Source of the DNA: Azolla caroliniana | Taxonomy: Eukaryota > Plantae > Polypodiophyta | Reading direction: 5' to 3' | Assembly: GCA_043228905.1 (NCBI GenBank) | Contig: JBHGNT010000008.1 | Location: 15,066,001 to 15,130,000, forward strand | DNA length: 64,000 bases | Shown: positions 38,001 to 51,000 of the stretch, piece after piece | How positions within the stretch are numbered: position 1 is the stretch's first letter | Layout of the letters: each line of letters starts with the position of its first letter | Program-made: the position numbers and the translations under genes | Notes under the pieces: generated by a model | Told to the model about the DNA's origin: nothing | Databases searched by the model: none | Seen by the model: only the letters and a program-made list of their open reading frames with translations

Positions 38001-38608
38001 GGGAGCTCAAGGTCGGTGGGGGTGGGTTTCTACTACTGGCGGAAGAGGACCGGTTTCGGAGGATGCTCGAGAGGCATGGGAAAGGCTTCGCATTCTCACC
38101 GGGGGAAATTTGGTGCGTGGACCCGACAATCGTTGAACCAATGGTAATCTTCACGGTACCGCACGTATCGTGGAATCTCAAACCAATTTCGGTACCTAGA
38201 GCTCACATCCCAAAACTGATGAAGCTACTGAAGCAGAAGATGGAGATGGATATCCTCGAGCCGTCTAGTGCCCCATATTCAAACCAGTGGTTTACGGTAC
38301 CAAAGAGGAACTGCACGTTGCGCTTCATTCAGGACCTTCAACCGGTCAATAAAGTGACCATTCAAAATGCAGGTATTCGTCCGACCGCTGATGAGTTTGC
38401 AGAGGCCTTCGTCGGAAGGTCGATCTATTCGATCGGGGATCTATACTCGGGGTACGACCAGTTCCAACTAGTCATGGGAAGCAGGGATATTACGACGATG
38501 CGGACCCCTCTTGGCCAAGTATGGATGTGTACCTTGCCGCAAGGAGGGTCCAACTCGATGGTGCACATGGTGAACGCTTTGAACAAAGTACTAAGAGACT
38601 GCATCCTG

Positions 38609-39922
38609 GATCCGAACCGACTCGGCTTCCTCCGATCGGTTTTCGCTCTCGTCCGAGTTGGCTGTCTCCAACTCGTCTTCGGTCTTCTCGCCCTTGCTTC
38701 GTCGCCCCCACAATTCGTTGGCTTCAGCTCTTTCTTTTGACTGCTCCCCTTATGTCCGCTTTCGGACTCTTCCGCGGATCCGCCCTCGGTTTCTTAAAAC
38801 AGATCCGAAATCGAATTCATCATCTGACTCGGCGTCACGGTCTTTTCCGCTCCTTTCGTGCTCCCTTCCATGGTCATCATGGATGTCTCTCCCCCTCAAG
38901 TTTGGCACATCGAGGTGACGTAACCCAAGCGCACCCGAGAATTGTCGCAACTTGTCTAGACCAAGAGGCTTGGTGAAGATGTCGGCGTTCTACCGATCCG
39001 TTAGAACATACTAAAGTTCGACTTCACCGGAGAGGACACGCTCACGGACGAAATGGTAGTGCACCTCAATGTGCTTAGTCCGGGCGTGGAAGACGGGGTT
39101 CTTAGCTAGCTGGATGCTGCTGAGGTTGTCGCAGTAGATTGTCGTTGGATCGGGGTCCTTAAATAGCCGCTTCAACCATATGGCTTCGCATGTCGCGAAA
39201 ACCACTCCTCTATAGTCGGCTTCGGTGCTCGATAATGCAACTGTCGACTGCTTCTTGCTAGTCCATGCGATCGCGGCACTCCCAAGAGAGAACGCGAATC
39301 CAGACGTGGACCGGCAATCGCCGACGTTTCCGGCACAATCAGCATCGATGTAACCGACCAACTGCGCGACAGTATCGGTCCGATATAGTAGCCCCCGGTC
39401 CTTAGTGCCACTAACCTATCGGAGTAACCGTTGTGCGCACTAAAGGTGCTCCTCGGTCGGTCGCGCCATCAACTCACTAATCCCCCCGACCGGGTAGCTG
39501 AGATCTGGTCGGGTGATGGTCAAGTATATAAGGCTTCCGACTATCTGTTGGAACCTCGTTGGGTCGCATACCTTACAGTCGGTCATCCCGAATTTGAAGG
39601 GCATACTCAACACGTAATGCCGTTGGCTGATCAGTATGCCTTCGGGGGTGCGGATCACTTCGACCCCGAGGAAGTATTGAAGGTCCCCCAGATCCTTCAT
39701 GTCGAATGATGCCGCAAGCTGGAGCTTCACGCGGTCAATCTCACCTAGGTCGGCACTGGTGATGACCGATTCATCAACATAAAGTAAAATGCTAACCGGC
39801 CTGAGTTGACATTTCCGGATGAATAGTGAGGAGTCTGATTTTGACGTCGCAAAGCCCAACCGACGCAATCGTTGTGTGATCTTCACGTTCCAAGCCCGCA
39901 GGGCTTGCTTTAGTCCGTAAAG
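38609..39922 (-). pseudogene. copia RT/RNase H fragment (same family as 58515-63651)
   Basis: [47 protein letters not shown]. Confidence 0.9.
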
Positions 39923-40154
39923 GGCAAGTCGATACGCCGTATTGAGTTGGCGATTAAAATGTCTATTGTGAACACAAACTCGATACGCCGTATCGAGGTC
40001 CAGTTCATAGAAGGACTTAAAACAAAAACTCGATACGGCGCATTGAGTTGGAGTTTAAAACCTCGATATGCCGCATCGAGTTCTTGTATGAATTAGGGCT
40101 AGTGAATGTTCCTTAATGGTTAGAAAGAATTGAAATTACAAATTAGTATCTTAC

Positions 40155-40189
40155 CTGGAGTCTATGTATTCAATCTTCTTCGACGACAT
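40155..40189 (-). pseudogene. Exon 1 of the ParB-MTase gene, copy 2
   Basis: ATG TCG TCG AAG AAG ATT GAA TAC ATA GAC TCC AG|GTAAG, the same 35-nt length and donor as 10133-10099. Confidence 0.75.
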
Positions 40190-41169
40190 GATCCGGAAAA
40201 TGAGGAGGTCCTCCTATTTATAGGGCTTTAAAACCGTGGTTAAAGTAAGTAAAATTATTTTAATCATAGTTGGGTTATATCCAACTTAGTTCCCCTATGT
40301 TAGTTAGTTGTTAGTACCCTTTGGTTAGTACAAAGGTGGTTCCTCAGGTAGGTATTGCATGTGAGTTATAGGTTACTTAAATTTTAGTCAATTAGGTACT
40401 CTATGGTATTTATAGTTATAGTTACAGGTAGTAAGTATGCACATAGTCATTATTGGTGGTAATAATTGTGTCCCAGTTGTATTTATGGCACGGAATCATA
40501 GGTCACCAATGATTGCACATTATAGATCGTATTGTTTTTTCTATGTTGGATTATAAACACCAATGAATTAAATAAAGGAAAAATTTAATATACTTTCCTC
40601 TTTCCCACATGGGGATTAGGAATTCTATTCACACGTGAGGAATGGTACTTTTAAATGATTATGATCTTCATTAATGAACCAATTATTGAGATGAAACCTT
40701 ATATTTATGACTCTCTAATGATTATGAATATATAGTATATGTATATAAAGATTATATTTTTTTAATATAATACACATTTTGGCACTTTTAAATGATTGCG
40801 ATCTTCATTAATGAACAAATGATTTAGATTACACTTACATATTTATGACTCCCTAATGATTTTGAATATAAACTATATATATACAATAAAATATATTTTG
40901 ATTATAGACTATATGAATAATATTGTATAAAATAAATTTTATGTATATCATAATTTTATGTATATATTAATATATTTTAAACATAGACTATACGAGTAAG
41001 GCTAATGAAATGAATAAAATATATTTTATATAATAATAATATCTTTCTTTATTGGATTAATTGTTTATTTTATATAATAATAAATTTTATGGACATTAGG
41101 TTTCAATCTCTTATTTTATGGATTATTTGTTTATTTTATATAGACGCACTTATCATTTGTTTCAATCTC

Positions 41170-41439
41170 TTTTACATCGTACGAGATGTACGGAGAGTCA
41201 AGTGTGATGAGCGAGGATCGAATGTTATCATGATGTTGTTGTGTATGTGTAGGGGTATAAATGTAATTGTGAGTCTATATGTACGTGAACACATGCACGC
41301 GTGTGTGCATGTGAATGGATACGAGGAGGTGTGAGTGAGTGTCCAGTATGATTGCTGGAGGGGGCTTACACCCCTATGTATCTACCCCCTATTGTACTCT
41401 TTAATCCCTTATGGGGAATGAATAAAACATGAATAACCA

Positions 41440-41482
<43 letters not shown>

Positions 41483-44400
41483 TCATCTCTCTTCTTCTCT
41501 CTCCCCTTAACGTTGAGCCCCCCTTGGGAGGGGGGTGGAGCCATTCTAGGCACCACACCCCACCCCGCAATGCTTCTCAATGATTCTCAACCTCTTCATG
41601 ATCTCTCTCACCATCACACTCTCCATAGTCATCACACCCACCATGTCTATCTTTATCATTAATCATCATGATTATCATAAATGTTAACCCTAACCCTAGA
41701 ACCTATAACACCTTTTGGCGACCACTAAGGCGACCCCCCTTGGGAAACGGAGTCGAAGAATGATACGTGGATGTGCAAGCCATAGCGACTAAGTGCACGA
41801 AATGGCAAAACGTGGAAATGACGGTGAAGATGTTGGAGGAAGTCTATGGAGGAATGAATGAATGGCAACAATGTTTGTGCGAGGTTACGATTAGTGTCCA
41901 TGTGTGTGTTTCCGAAAGCGGTTAGCGACAATGTGTGTGTTCTCAAAAGCGTGGTGCAAGATGCACAGTTGGACAAACAAACAAGTCGCAATGTGTGGAG
42001 CGGAAACCGGCAGGATGAATGCACAGGCAATGATTCCAGAAGAAACAACATGGAGAGAGTCGGAACCGGAATCGGAACAAGAACCAGAGTTGGTTAACAC
42101 CGAAGGGCCATAGAAAACGGAGAAGGAGATGCAGACACAAACCAGACATCGACGACCAGAGAAACCATCAGCAGTGGAAAGACACGGTTGGAGGCACCAA
42201 ACAGAGAAGAAGACTACTGGAAAAATAGAGACATGGATGACGAGTGTGACAGAGATGCCACACAAAGACCATGGGCAGTGCGAAACGGGTGGTCGACAGA
42301 CAACGACAGAGGTGACGGGCAGACCTAGACAGACACAAAGACACAGATTCAACATAGCCAGAAACGGAGAAGCCGGACGAGACGACGTGATGCAAAAAGC
42401 CACAGACGGGGGCTGAAGACAATACATAAACACGATGGAATGGTCCGGATAGAAGAAACGGGAAAAGAACGGAATGAACCGGACGGATACAACCCGAAAG
42501 ATGTTCAAATCAAAAAGAGACACCGGATGGATGGCCAATATCAGACAGCGGAAGGGCCAGAAAGACAGTGACGACCGGACGGGGCCGGAATAGCTAGACA
42601 ATGTTCGTAAAGCGATCAAAACGGCGGCCAAGAAGGTGGTCGAACAGCATCCCGAATGGCCGGATAGGGGCTGCAGCGACGACAGCGCCTCAACAACCGA
42701 CGACAGCAACAATGATGACGCCAATAGAAGACCAGAGAGACACTGGCCGAAGATGGAGTCGGCCGGACAGAAGCCGAATAGTGGAAAGCTTGAGAAAAGC
42801 AAGACCGAAATGGCCAGAGACGAGAGCAGCTGAACCGACTGCCGGAATCGACCGGATGACGACTGGAATGGGCCGAACGAAGACGGATCGATGGCCAGAA
42901 TGGTCACACCGACAAAGACTGGCGAGAGGCCAGAAAAGCGCCGGACGGAGAGACAACCGTTAGACATGAACGATAGAAAAACAACCGGATGACGGCTGAA
43001 CAGAGCGGCTAAGTGACGAACCTCGACCAAAATAGAAGGCTGACTTGAGACTGGCCGAATAGGGCTGACAAGGCCGACGACTATGACAAATGGAGACAGT
43101 AATTGAGACGGATGGAAACCGACAGAGACAATCACTGAGTCGGAGACACAAAATGATTGGACAGAGACAGACAAGGTTGGGCAGAGATGACTGGAGATGG
43201 AGATGGAGCCTGTGGACAGGGCCGGACAAATACGGGAACGACAGCCAAACATCAGCCGAAGAGTGGAAAGAGCGACCAAAATGTTCGGAAATCGGCTGGA
43301 ATAGCTAGACAATGGCTGGAGCAGCCAGAGCGACAAAGGGCCGGACAAATACGGACGAGCGGCCGAAATGCAGCCGGAATGGCTGGAGAGCGACTAATTA
43401 CCGGCTGGAATGGCAGAACACCCCGGAATGGAGGCGGCTGGACCGGACGGCATGGACAAACAGAGGACGTCGGACAATGACGAAGATGGAGACGGCCAGA
43501 GGTTTGCAACGGGAACAGACAGATGAAGGGTCGGCTAGACGGCGACCACGAGGACAGAAGACGGACAATCGGATGAATAGATGACAAACGACGTGACAGA
43601 GATGGACAACCGACGACCAAAGAGCAACTAGAGCGGCTGGAGTGGCCAGACAACAGTCGAAGCGGCAGTCGGGACAGCTGACCGGATAGCCAAAGTCTGA
43701 ACAGTAGCGGCCAAAGGAGCAGTGATGAAAAGGAGACAAAAACGATGAACAAGGACGAAGAACGAGAAGGAGAAAGAGAAGAACAAGAAGAAAAGAATGT
43801 CAGAAGAAGGAGAAGAAGTAGAGTTTAACACCAAGAAGATGGAAGAAGGAAGCACACGAGAGAAGAATACTAGAGAACACAGAGAAAGAGACGTTGAAGA
43901 AGAAGAAATCAAGAAGAAGAAGAAGGAAGGAATTGGAGGAGACAGTTTGCCAAACAGATAGAAAGGAGGGAAACGACAGAAGCAAGAGAAAATGAAGAAA
44001 ACAAGAAAAGAAAAAAGAGGGAAAAAGAGAATGATAAGGGGCATGCGAAGAAATTTTAAAATGTTGAGGGTAACAACCTAAAATTTCAGAAACTTGGGGG
44101 TACTGAATGAAATTTTCAAAACTCGGGGGTACATATCAAAATTTAAAAAAAACAAGAGGGCACCACCAAAATTTTGAAAATCCCCAAGACTACTCACACA
44201 CACTCAAAACAAAGGAAGAACATACATATACACGACATGATTTTGGACCCTTGACGAAGTTCGTAAGCTGACAGAATGAGAATGTTTGTGTTGCGGAAAG
44301 ATTTGTTGACCGACAACGATGTTCGAGTCAAGCACTCCGATCGAGGGAGTCGATCGTTGAAAGGACCGATGGAAGTTCCGGTCGAAGAAATATCATCATC

Positions 44401-44650
44401 AAGGCATGTGGGATCGACGTGCAAGGCACCTTCCCATGGGCGTGCCATATTGTGTTACCCCGTACAAGATGTACAGAGAGTCAAGTGTGATGAGCGACGG
44501 TCGAATGTTATACGCGTGCATGTGGATGGATACAAGGAGGTGTGAGTGAGTGTCCAATATGAATGCTCGAGGGGGCTTACACCCCTATGTATCTACCCCC
44601 TCTTGTACTATTTAACTCCTTATGGGGAATGAATTAAACATGAATAACCA

Positions 44651-44697
<47 letters not shown>

Positions 44698-44925
44698 TCA
44701 TCTCTCTTCTTCTCTCTCCCCTAAACGTTGAACCCCCCTTGGGAGGGGGGTGGAGCAATTCTAGGCACCACCCCCCACCCTGCAATGCTTCTCAATGATT
44801 CTCGACCTCTTCATGATGTCTCTCACCATCATACTCTCTATAGTCATCACACCCACCATGTCTATCTTTATCATCAATCATCATGATTATCATAAATGTT
44901 AACCCTAAACCTAAAACCTATAACA
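41170..44925 (+). mobile_element. Non-coding LTR element (LARD-like) nested in transposon copy 2
   Basis: LTRs 41170-41710 and 44453-44925 with (CT)n tracts, TSD ATCTC, PBS-like TGGCGACCACT at 41716. The 2.7-kb purine-rich interior has no recognisable gag or pol. Confidence 0.85.
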
Positions 44926-44981
44926 ATCTCTTATAGTAGTTTAAGCACATAATTCTAAGAGTTGTGTTTGGATCTTAAGCC

Positions 44982-47660
44982 ATGAGTGAAAACTCACCCT
45001 TTTCGGTTGAGGAGTATTGTTTGTAAACCAACTCAATGTTTTCGGTTGAAGAGTATTGTTTGTCAACAGATACATCATTTTCGGTCGAAGAATATTATTT
45101 AGGCTCATCTTCTCCTATACCTCATGTGAATAATGACTCATGTGAAGAGGTCTCTTTTGAAGAATATGATGTCAATAAAGATCCAGACAATGAAGATAAT
45201 GCCAATCAGACATTGAAGATCATGGGGAGTCAACCTAACAACAACATAATTGACTCTAATGTGGTTACCCCTATTTCTCATGAAGAAAAGAAATTGGGAA
45301 ACCCTATGCATATTAGAAGAATCCCACGTAGAATTCGTTTGGAAAGATTTAACTTGGTGACATCAAATAAGCAACTTGGATTAGATGTCAACAAAACATG
45401 TTATGCTCGTGGCTATATGTCAATGATTGGCTCACATATGCAATTGGTGTCTGACAACTCCTCGACGATCAAAGTATCATTTGAGTATTATATCTTCCAT
45501 GTGCAACAAATATGTAGAGTGGCATTCAAGATTGCGTTATGTGTTAGTAACATGTGGCCACATAGAGTACACCAACATCTTCTTAGTGGGGATCACATTG
45601 TCAATTGTAAAGATGTTCCAAGTATGAAAGGTGCAATTGGAAGACATGCTATTGGTTAGATGAAAATTTTACTTCAAGTTAAATTGTGATGTAATACCCT
45701 CTACATGCAGGATGCACCTCTCTAAGAATTACACATGTCGGGAAGTTTATGATGTCTATCAATCAAAAATGCTATTATCAAGTGATAAATACGTCACATA
45801 CAACCAATTCACAAGATTGTGGAGAACATGGTTTTTAAATGTTATTATTCCGCGTAAACTACACATGGGGTATTTCTCGATTTGTGCGAACCGTAAAAGT
45901 TTGGCTAAAGGTGCGAAGACAACAATGGAAAAGGATATCAATAAGAAGTTACTACAGGAGCATCGTGAAGCACAATCGTTAGAATGAAAGAAGGTGATGC
46001 ATCATAGAGAGAAGTGTTTGAAGAGGCCCGAACAAAGCATGTGCTTAATGATCGATGGCATGGACCAGAAGAAGATGTGCTTACCTCATATGCAGAGGTT
46101 CCCCAAAGACATCAATGCTGAGTGCCTTGTTGAAATGCACTTGGTGGGATCCTTGGCTTATGATAGGTCAGTTAGACCTCACGTCTTCATTACATACCCC
46201 AATGTTCACAATGACCCTAACATAACAGTTATAGTGATTCACCGAGTTTTGATGTCTTGGGGCCAACCATTACCCCCTGTTCTCTACATTCAATTGGACA
46301 ATACTGCTCTGAGAGAACAAAAGTTCAACTGTGTTTGGCTATCTAAGTATGTTGGTCAACCAAGGATTGTTTAGAAAAGTGAAAGTCAATTTTCTTTTGG
46401 TTGGCCACACATGATCATATAGATCGGATGTTTAACACATTCTCTAGACAGTTGTCTCGGCATGATGCTTTCACATTACCGAAACTATTTGATGTCATTT
46501 GTGATACATACACATCACACCCAAAACTGTTGCACTTGAAGGAGGTATATGACTTTAAGAGATATATATCAGATGGGGGTGATGGGAATGTTAAAGTGCT
46601 CGCCCACTTAAACAATATAAGCTTCAATCACATTTTTTTGATAAAGAAAAATGATATAGGTGGTTCTACGGTTTTGTATGCCAAGCAATATTCATCTTCT
46701 ACAAAATGGGAACTTGAAGGCGGTTACCAGTTCTTACTTTGTATGCCGAGTAAAATAGTCTATGGAGCTAAACAAATGCCTATTGAGATGAAAGGACAGT
46801 TGCATAGTGACTTGGTAGAAGATAAAAAACACTTATGGCTCTAAGCCTTAACAGAAAAAAGGAAGCATATTGAGGCCACAAAGAAATATGCCGCACAACA
46901 AGACATGTCATGGTGGGATGTGTTTTACAGTGATCAGAAAGGAATTATTGACAATTGTGTATCTAGTGATAATAGGACTTTGGAAATGCCATTCACATGG
47001 TCGCTACAACATGATCGTGTAAATAAGTCTCTGGAGCAAGCAACTAATGTGATTAATGAAAGTTTGGTTCATCCACAACAAAGAGACATTTATGTGGGAC
47101 CAAGGATGACCAAAGCAGCTGAAGCTAGAAGGCAAAGAAATTTGCAAGACCTCACGGTGGGGATATTGATTTCAACACCTGTTGATGACAACGAACAAAG
47201 CCTCCAACTTTGGATTGGTAAAAATCTAGAAGTGCTAATGCATGAAATAGAAAACATGATCAAGTCTATAAAAGTTCATTGGTACAACACTAGAAGTCAA
47301 AATGCTTTTACAGGTAAGTATACCTTGGAGATGATGGAATGCCCAACGAGAAGGGGAAGTAAGAGGAGGAAGCGAAACATTTGTAACACCTCGACCCTTA
47401 ATATCTCTGATGTGGATGTCATTGTGTATGACTTCACGCTTACAAAAGGTGGATGTTTAAAGAAGTCAACAATAGATATAATAAAAGAAAAATTACTAGG
47501 TCTACAAGGTGGCTCAAGTTGAAGGCAAACAAGATCTGTTGCACATAAGCTAGAGTCACACCAGTTGGTTTATGATGAAGATAATGCATTGATTGGTACA
47601 TCTGAGGATGACGAGGAGGAATGCTTATTGTATATTAGTTATAGTAGTGATTCTCCATAA
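44982..47660 (+). pseudogene. DUF7869/Sola-like DDD transposase, copy 2 (~890 codons)
   Basis: N-terminal FSVEEYCL repeats, IDGMDQKKMCLP, LYIQLDN..RE, GHTHDHIDRMF, C-terminal LWIGK...IKVHWYN; stops and frameshifts. Confidence 0.88.
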
Positions 47661-47996
47661 AGGAGTGACCATGAATGTATTTTTGGCTATTAAGTGTAAC
47701 TACCTTCTGCTTGTAACAAATTGAGTAATATAAAAGCATGTGTTTTGAATTCTTTCGATTCATATGAATATCGTTTCTTATAAAACAACATTGGTTGTAA
47801 AGTTTGTGATATAAATTGAGAATGTAACCTTTTGAAAATTCACTTTTATTTATTAATTTTTAAATCACGAAAATGGTGGTTTTTAAACCTTTTTCATAGT
47901 ATATATTTGAGAATGTATAATATTGGTATCAATGTGTTTTGTATTATCACTGAAAAAGTACTCAAATCAAACAGAATATTCCTTATCCTTCCATTT

Positions 47997-48032
47997 ATGT
48001 GTCATCCTTCCACTTGTGAACGCGAACGTGTT
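47997..48032 (-). repeat. Right terminal inverted repeat, copy 2
   Basis: ATGTGTCATCCTTCCACTTGTGAACGCGAACGTGTT. Confidence 0.9.
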
Positions 48033-51000
48033 TACAAATTTCTGTTTCTCCTTATTTATTAGTACATTAAGAGCTCTTCTTCTATCTCCTTAATCCTTCA
48101 TTAGAGTTAAGAGAGTTTGGGATTAAGAGCTAAGTAAGCGGAACCCTAATCTCCTCCTCTTGTATGATGTTGGGTCCCCTTTTTATATTAAGAAGTGGTG
48201 TTCATGATAATATGTCTTCTTTGTGTAAGAGAGAGTAAGGCAAGGGAGATGTAAAGAATCGGGTATGATTCTTGCGTAGCGGAAAAGATGTGTGTTATGT
48301 GTATGTGTGAGAGGAATTAGAGGAGAGATGAGAGAACACAAGATAGATAGAAAAAGTAATACTCAAGAAGAAGGTGTATATTTCACAAGTAGAATAAGAA
48401 TTACAAAATGTAGCATAACAAGGAGTTACAACCAACTTAGTATGAAGTATGAGGAGGGTGCTTTATATAGAGTCACCCTCTCTCTTCATTAGGGCAGGTG
48501 ACCTTCTGAGGCATTGCTCCTTGTTCCAACATGATTTTCTTCGACCAATAACATGGATTGAAGATCGAAGAAAGAGGGAGAATTCTCCTCTCCTAGTACG
48601 GCTGTCTGCATCGCGTCGAACCGTGGTGCAAGGCCGCCGAGGCATATTTGCACCATTTCGTCGTCCTCCACGTTGACACTTATTGAGCCAAGCGAGTCAC
48701 AAAGCTCCTTGATCTTCAAGGTGTTGCTCATGATGGACATATCCCGTTGTTGGATGTTGTTCAACTCTTGGCGGAGTTGAAGCTTTCTCGCGGTTGTGTT
48801 GGCTGCGAAAATCTTTCGTAGATTCTCACACGCTTCCTTTGATGTTTCCGTTTCTCGAATGTAGAGGAGCATGTGGTCGTGAACACATGTTGCCAAGCAA
48901 TACATCACTTGACTTGCCGCTTGCTCCCAAGTTGCATAGTTGGCGTCTTTTGGGTCAGGTCGGTTTTCTTGTGCTCCGTTGATGTAACCCCAATAGCCTT
49001 GGCTGGCAAGGTATTGGTGCATCTTGTACTCCCAAGATGCGAAATTGTTTCGGTCCAACTTCTCCCTCGGGAGAGCGCTCCCAATTTGAGTATTCATTGT
49101 CGATTAAGCTTCCTTTCTTCTTTTCCTTCTCTCTCGAACACGAGCTATGTAGTGGTACTATGATAACGATGAACCTGTTGTTCTTGAACGCCAACGTAGA
49201 GATCACAACACACAATTACGATGAGGCGAGTGGGTTAGATCGAGCTACCATATCGCTATGATACCATGTAAAGAATCGGGTGTGATTCTTGTGCAGCGGA
49301 AGAGATGTGTGTTATGTGTATGTGTGAGAGGAATTAGAGGAGAGATGAGAGAACACAAGATAGATAGAAAAAGGACTACTCAAGAAGAAGGTGTATATTT
49401 CACAAGTAGAATAAGAATTACAAAATGTAGCATACATGGAGTCACAACCAACTTAGTATGAAGTATGAGGAGGATGCTTTATATAGAGTCACCCTCTCTC
49501 ATCATTAACTAACTACAACAACCACTCTCTCTCTTGGGGAATGTGAAGTCTCATAATCACGGGGAATATGTAACTCATTAGTTATGTGTCATAGAATATG
49601 ATTCTATGACACATAGTGTAGAGAGTAGTGGTGTGATTCTTGACAATTGAGTAATCATAGATTCTCAAGAGGTGTGTTCACACGTTGCACTATGTTGAGC
49701 TTGATTCTCAACAGGAGAGAGGGAGAGAGATTAAGTATTAATAGGTGAGAGCTAAGTAAGCTAGTAGCTTGGAGGTATTTGACAACTACCTCCACCCAGC
49801 TCACCACCAAAAGGGTATACGCTGGTCTAGATCCTAGGACAACGACATCGATAGGAAATATAACTCCATCGATTCATAGAAGTGCTTCTGTGCGATACAC
49901 GGAATCAACATAACATCACTTAGATGTGGTTGTATCTAGAGAGGGCATCAATAAAATTGTAGGTGTCCTTTCTCGCTTGTTAGAGACATGAACTAATGTA
50001 AGCATAAAATAAGGATAAAAGATAGATCTAGATAGAAAGGAGATAGAGAAAGAAGGGTGTCGATCCACCCGACCAACCCCGAGCGAAGGGATCAAGACGA
50101 ACTCGAGCTTCAATCGGCGTCCCATACCACCGTCGTGGCGTCGAGTCGTACCTGGTGCTGGCATGCTCGCTACAAGAGTTATTCCACCACGAATTAGAGT
50201 CTCGACGTAGTCAACAAGATGATAAAATGAGGGTAGCTAGGCCTCTTATTTATAGCGATACCCAAGGCCCGTAGGCAAGTTCACACTTGGCCTAATGGGT
50301 TGTCTCAATCCTGAGGATTAAAAGTAATCCTCCCCTTCTTTACACTCTCATTTAAACCTCACACTTATCCACGTGTATAGAATACTACGGTAAATTCTCA
50401 CCACGGGATATTATATGGTCATGCCCGTAACATACTCCCCCTCTTTAAAACATTACACTCTTGCAATGGAATGTTAGGGAAGTTAGTTCTGAGAGAATTT
50501 TCGCGTTCCCATGTGGCATCTTTTATTGATTTATCCATCCATTTTATTTTGAATTCTCGGATTTCTTTAGTACGTAATTTTTTTGTTTTAACATCGAGAA
50601 TTCTTTCTAGTACATGTGGTTTAGAAGATAATTCTTCAAAAGTAACTAGAGTTTCAGTTGTAATTGTATTGTCGCCAGAACCTAGAAGTTCGTTTAGACG
50701 ACTCACATGAAAAAGTGGATGAATTTCAACACCATCGGGAAGAGTGAGATGATAGGCTGATGACCCAATGTGTTTGACAACTGTAAAAGGTCCACCAAAC
50801 CGTGGGGCTAACTTAGCGCACTTACCCTTAGACAATGTCTTAGAATTGTGAGGTACATGTAAAAATACCTTTTGTCCAGGGTTGAATACACAAGGTTGCC
50901 TATGATGATCGGCATAAAAAGGTGGTCTATCTTGAGCTGTTTTTATATTATTTCGTGGAATATGCAACATATCTTGCATATCCTGAAGAAATTTTTGTGT

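Larger units (their letters stand above)
28937..38608 (+). mobile_element. Ty3/gypsy element E (non-chromovirus-like, tRNA-Trp PBS), interrupted by element D and truncated within RT
   Basis: LTR ~28937-29779 ending CGCGACA, PBS TGGTGAACCCGACGTGA at 29785, gag from 29826 resuming at 35585, protease ALIDHGSEIN, RT RFIQDLQPVN / DLYSGYDQ. Confidence 0.85.
39926..48032. mobile_element. Second, left-truncated copy of the TIR transposon
   Basis: Palindrome array 39926-40085, MTase exon 1 (40189-40155), TATA, transposase 44982-47660, right TIR ending GTGTT at 48032. Confidence 0.88.

Noticed and set aside
41891-43348. 485-aa minus-strand ORF and overlapping ORFs
   Set aside because: S/L/V/F-rich translation of a compositionally biased, pyrimidine-rich strand with no recognisable domain.
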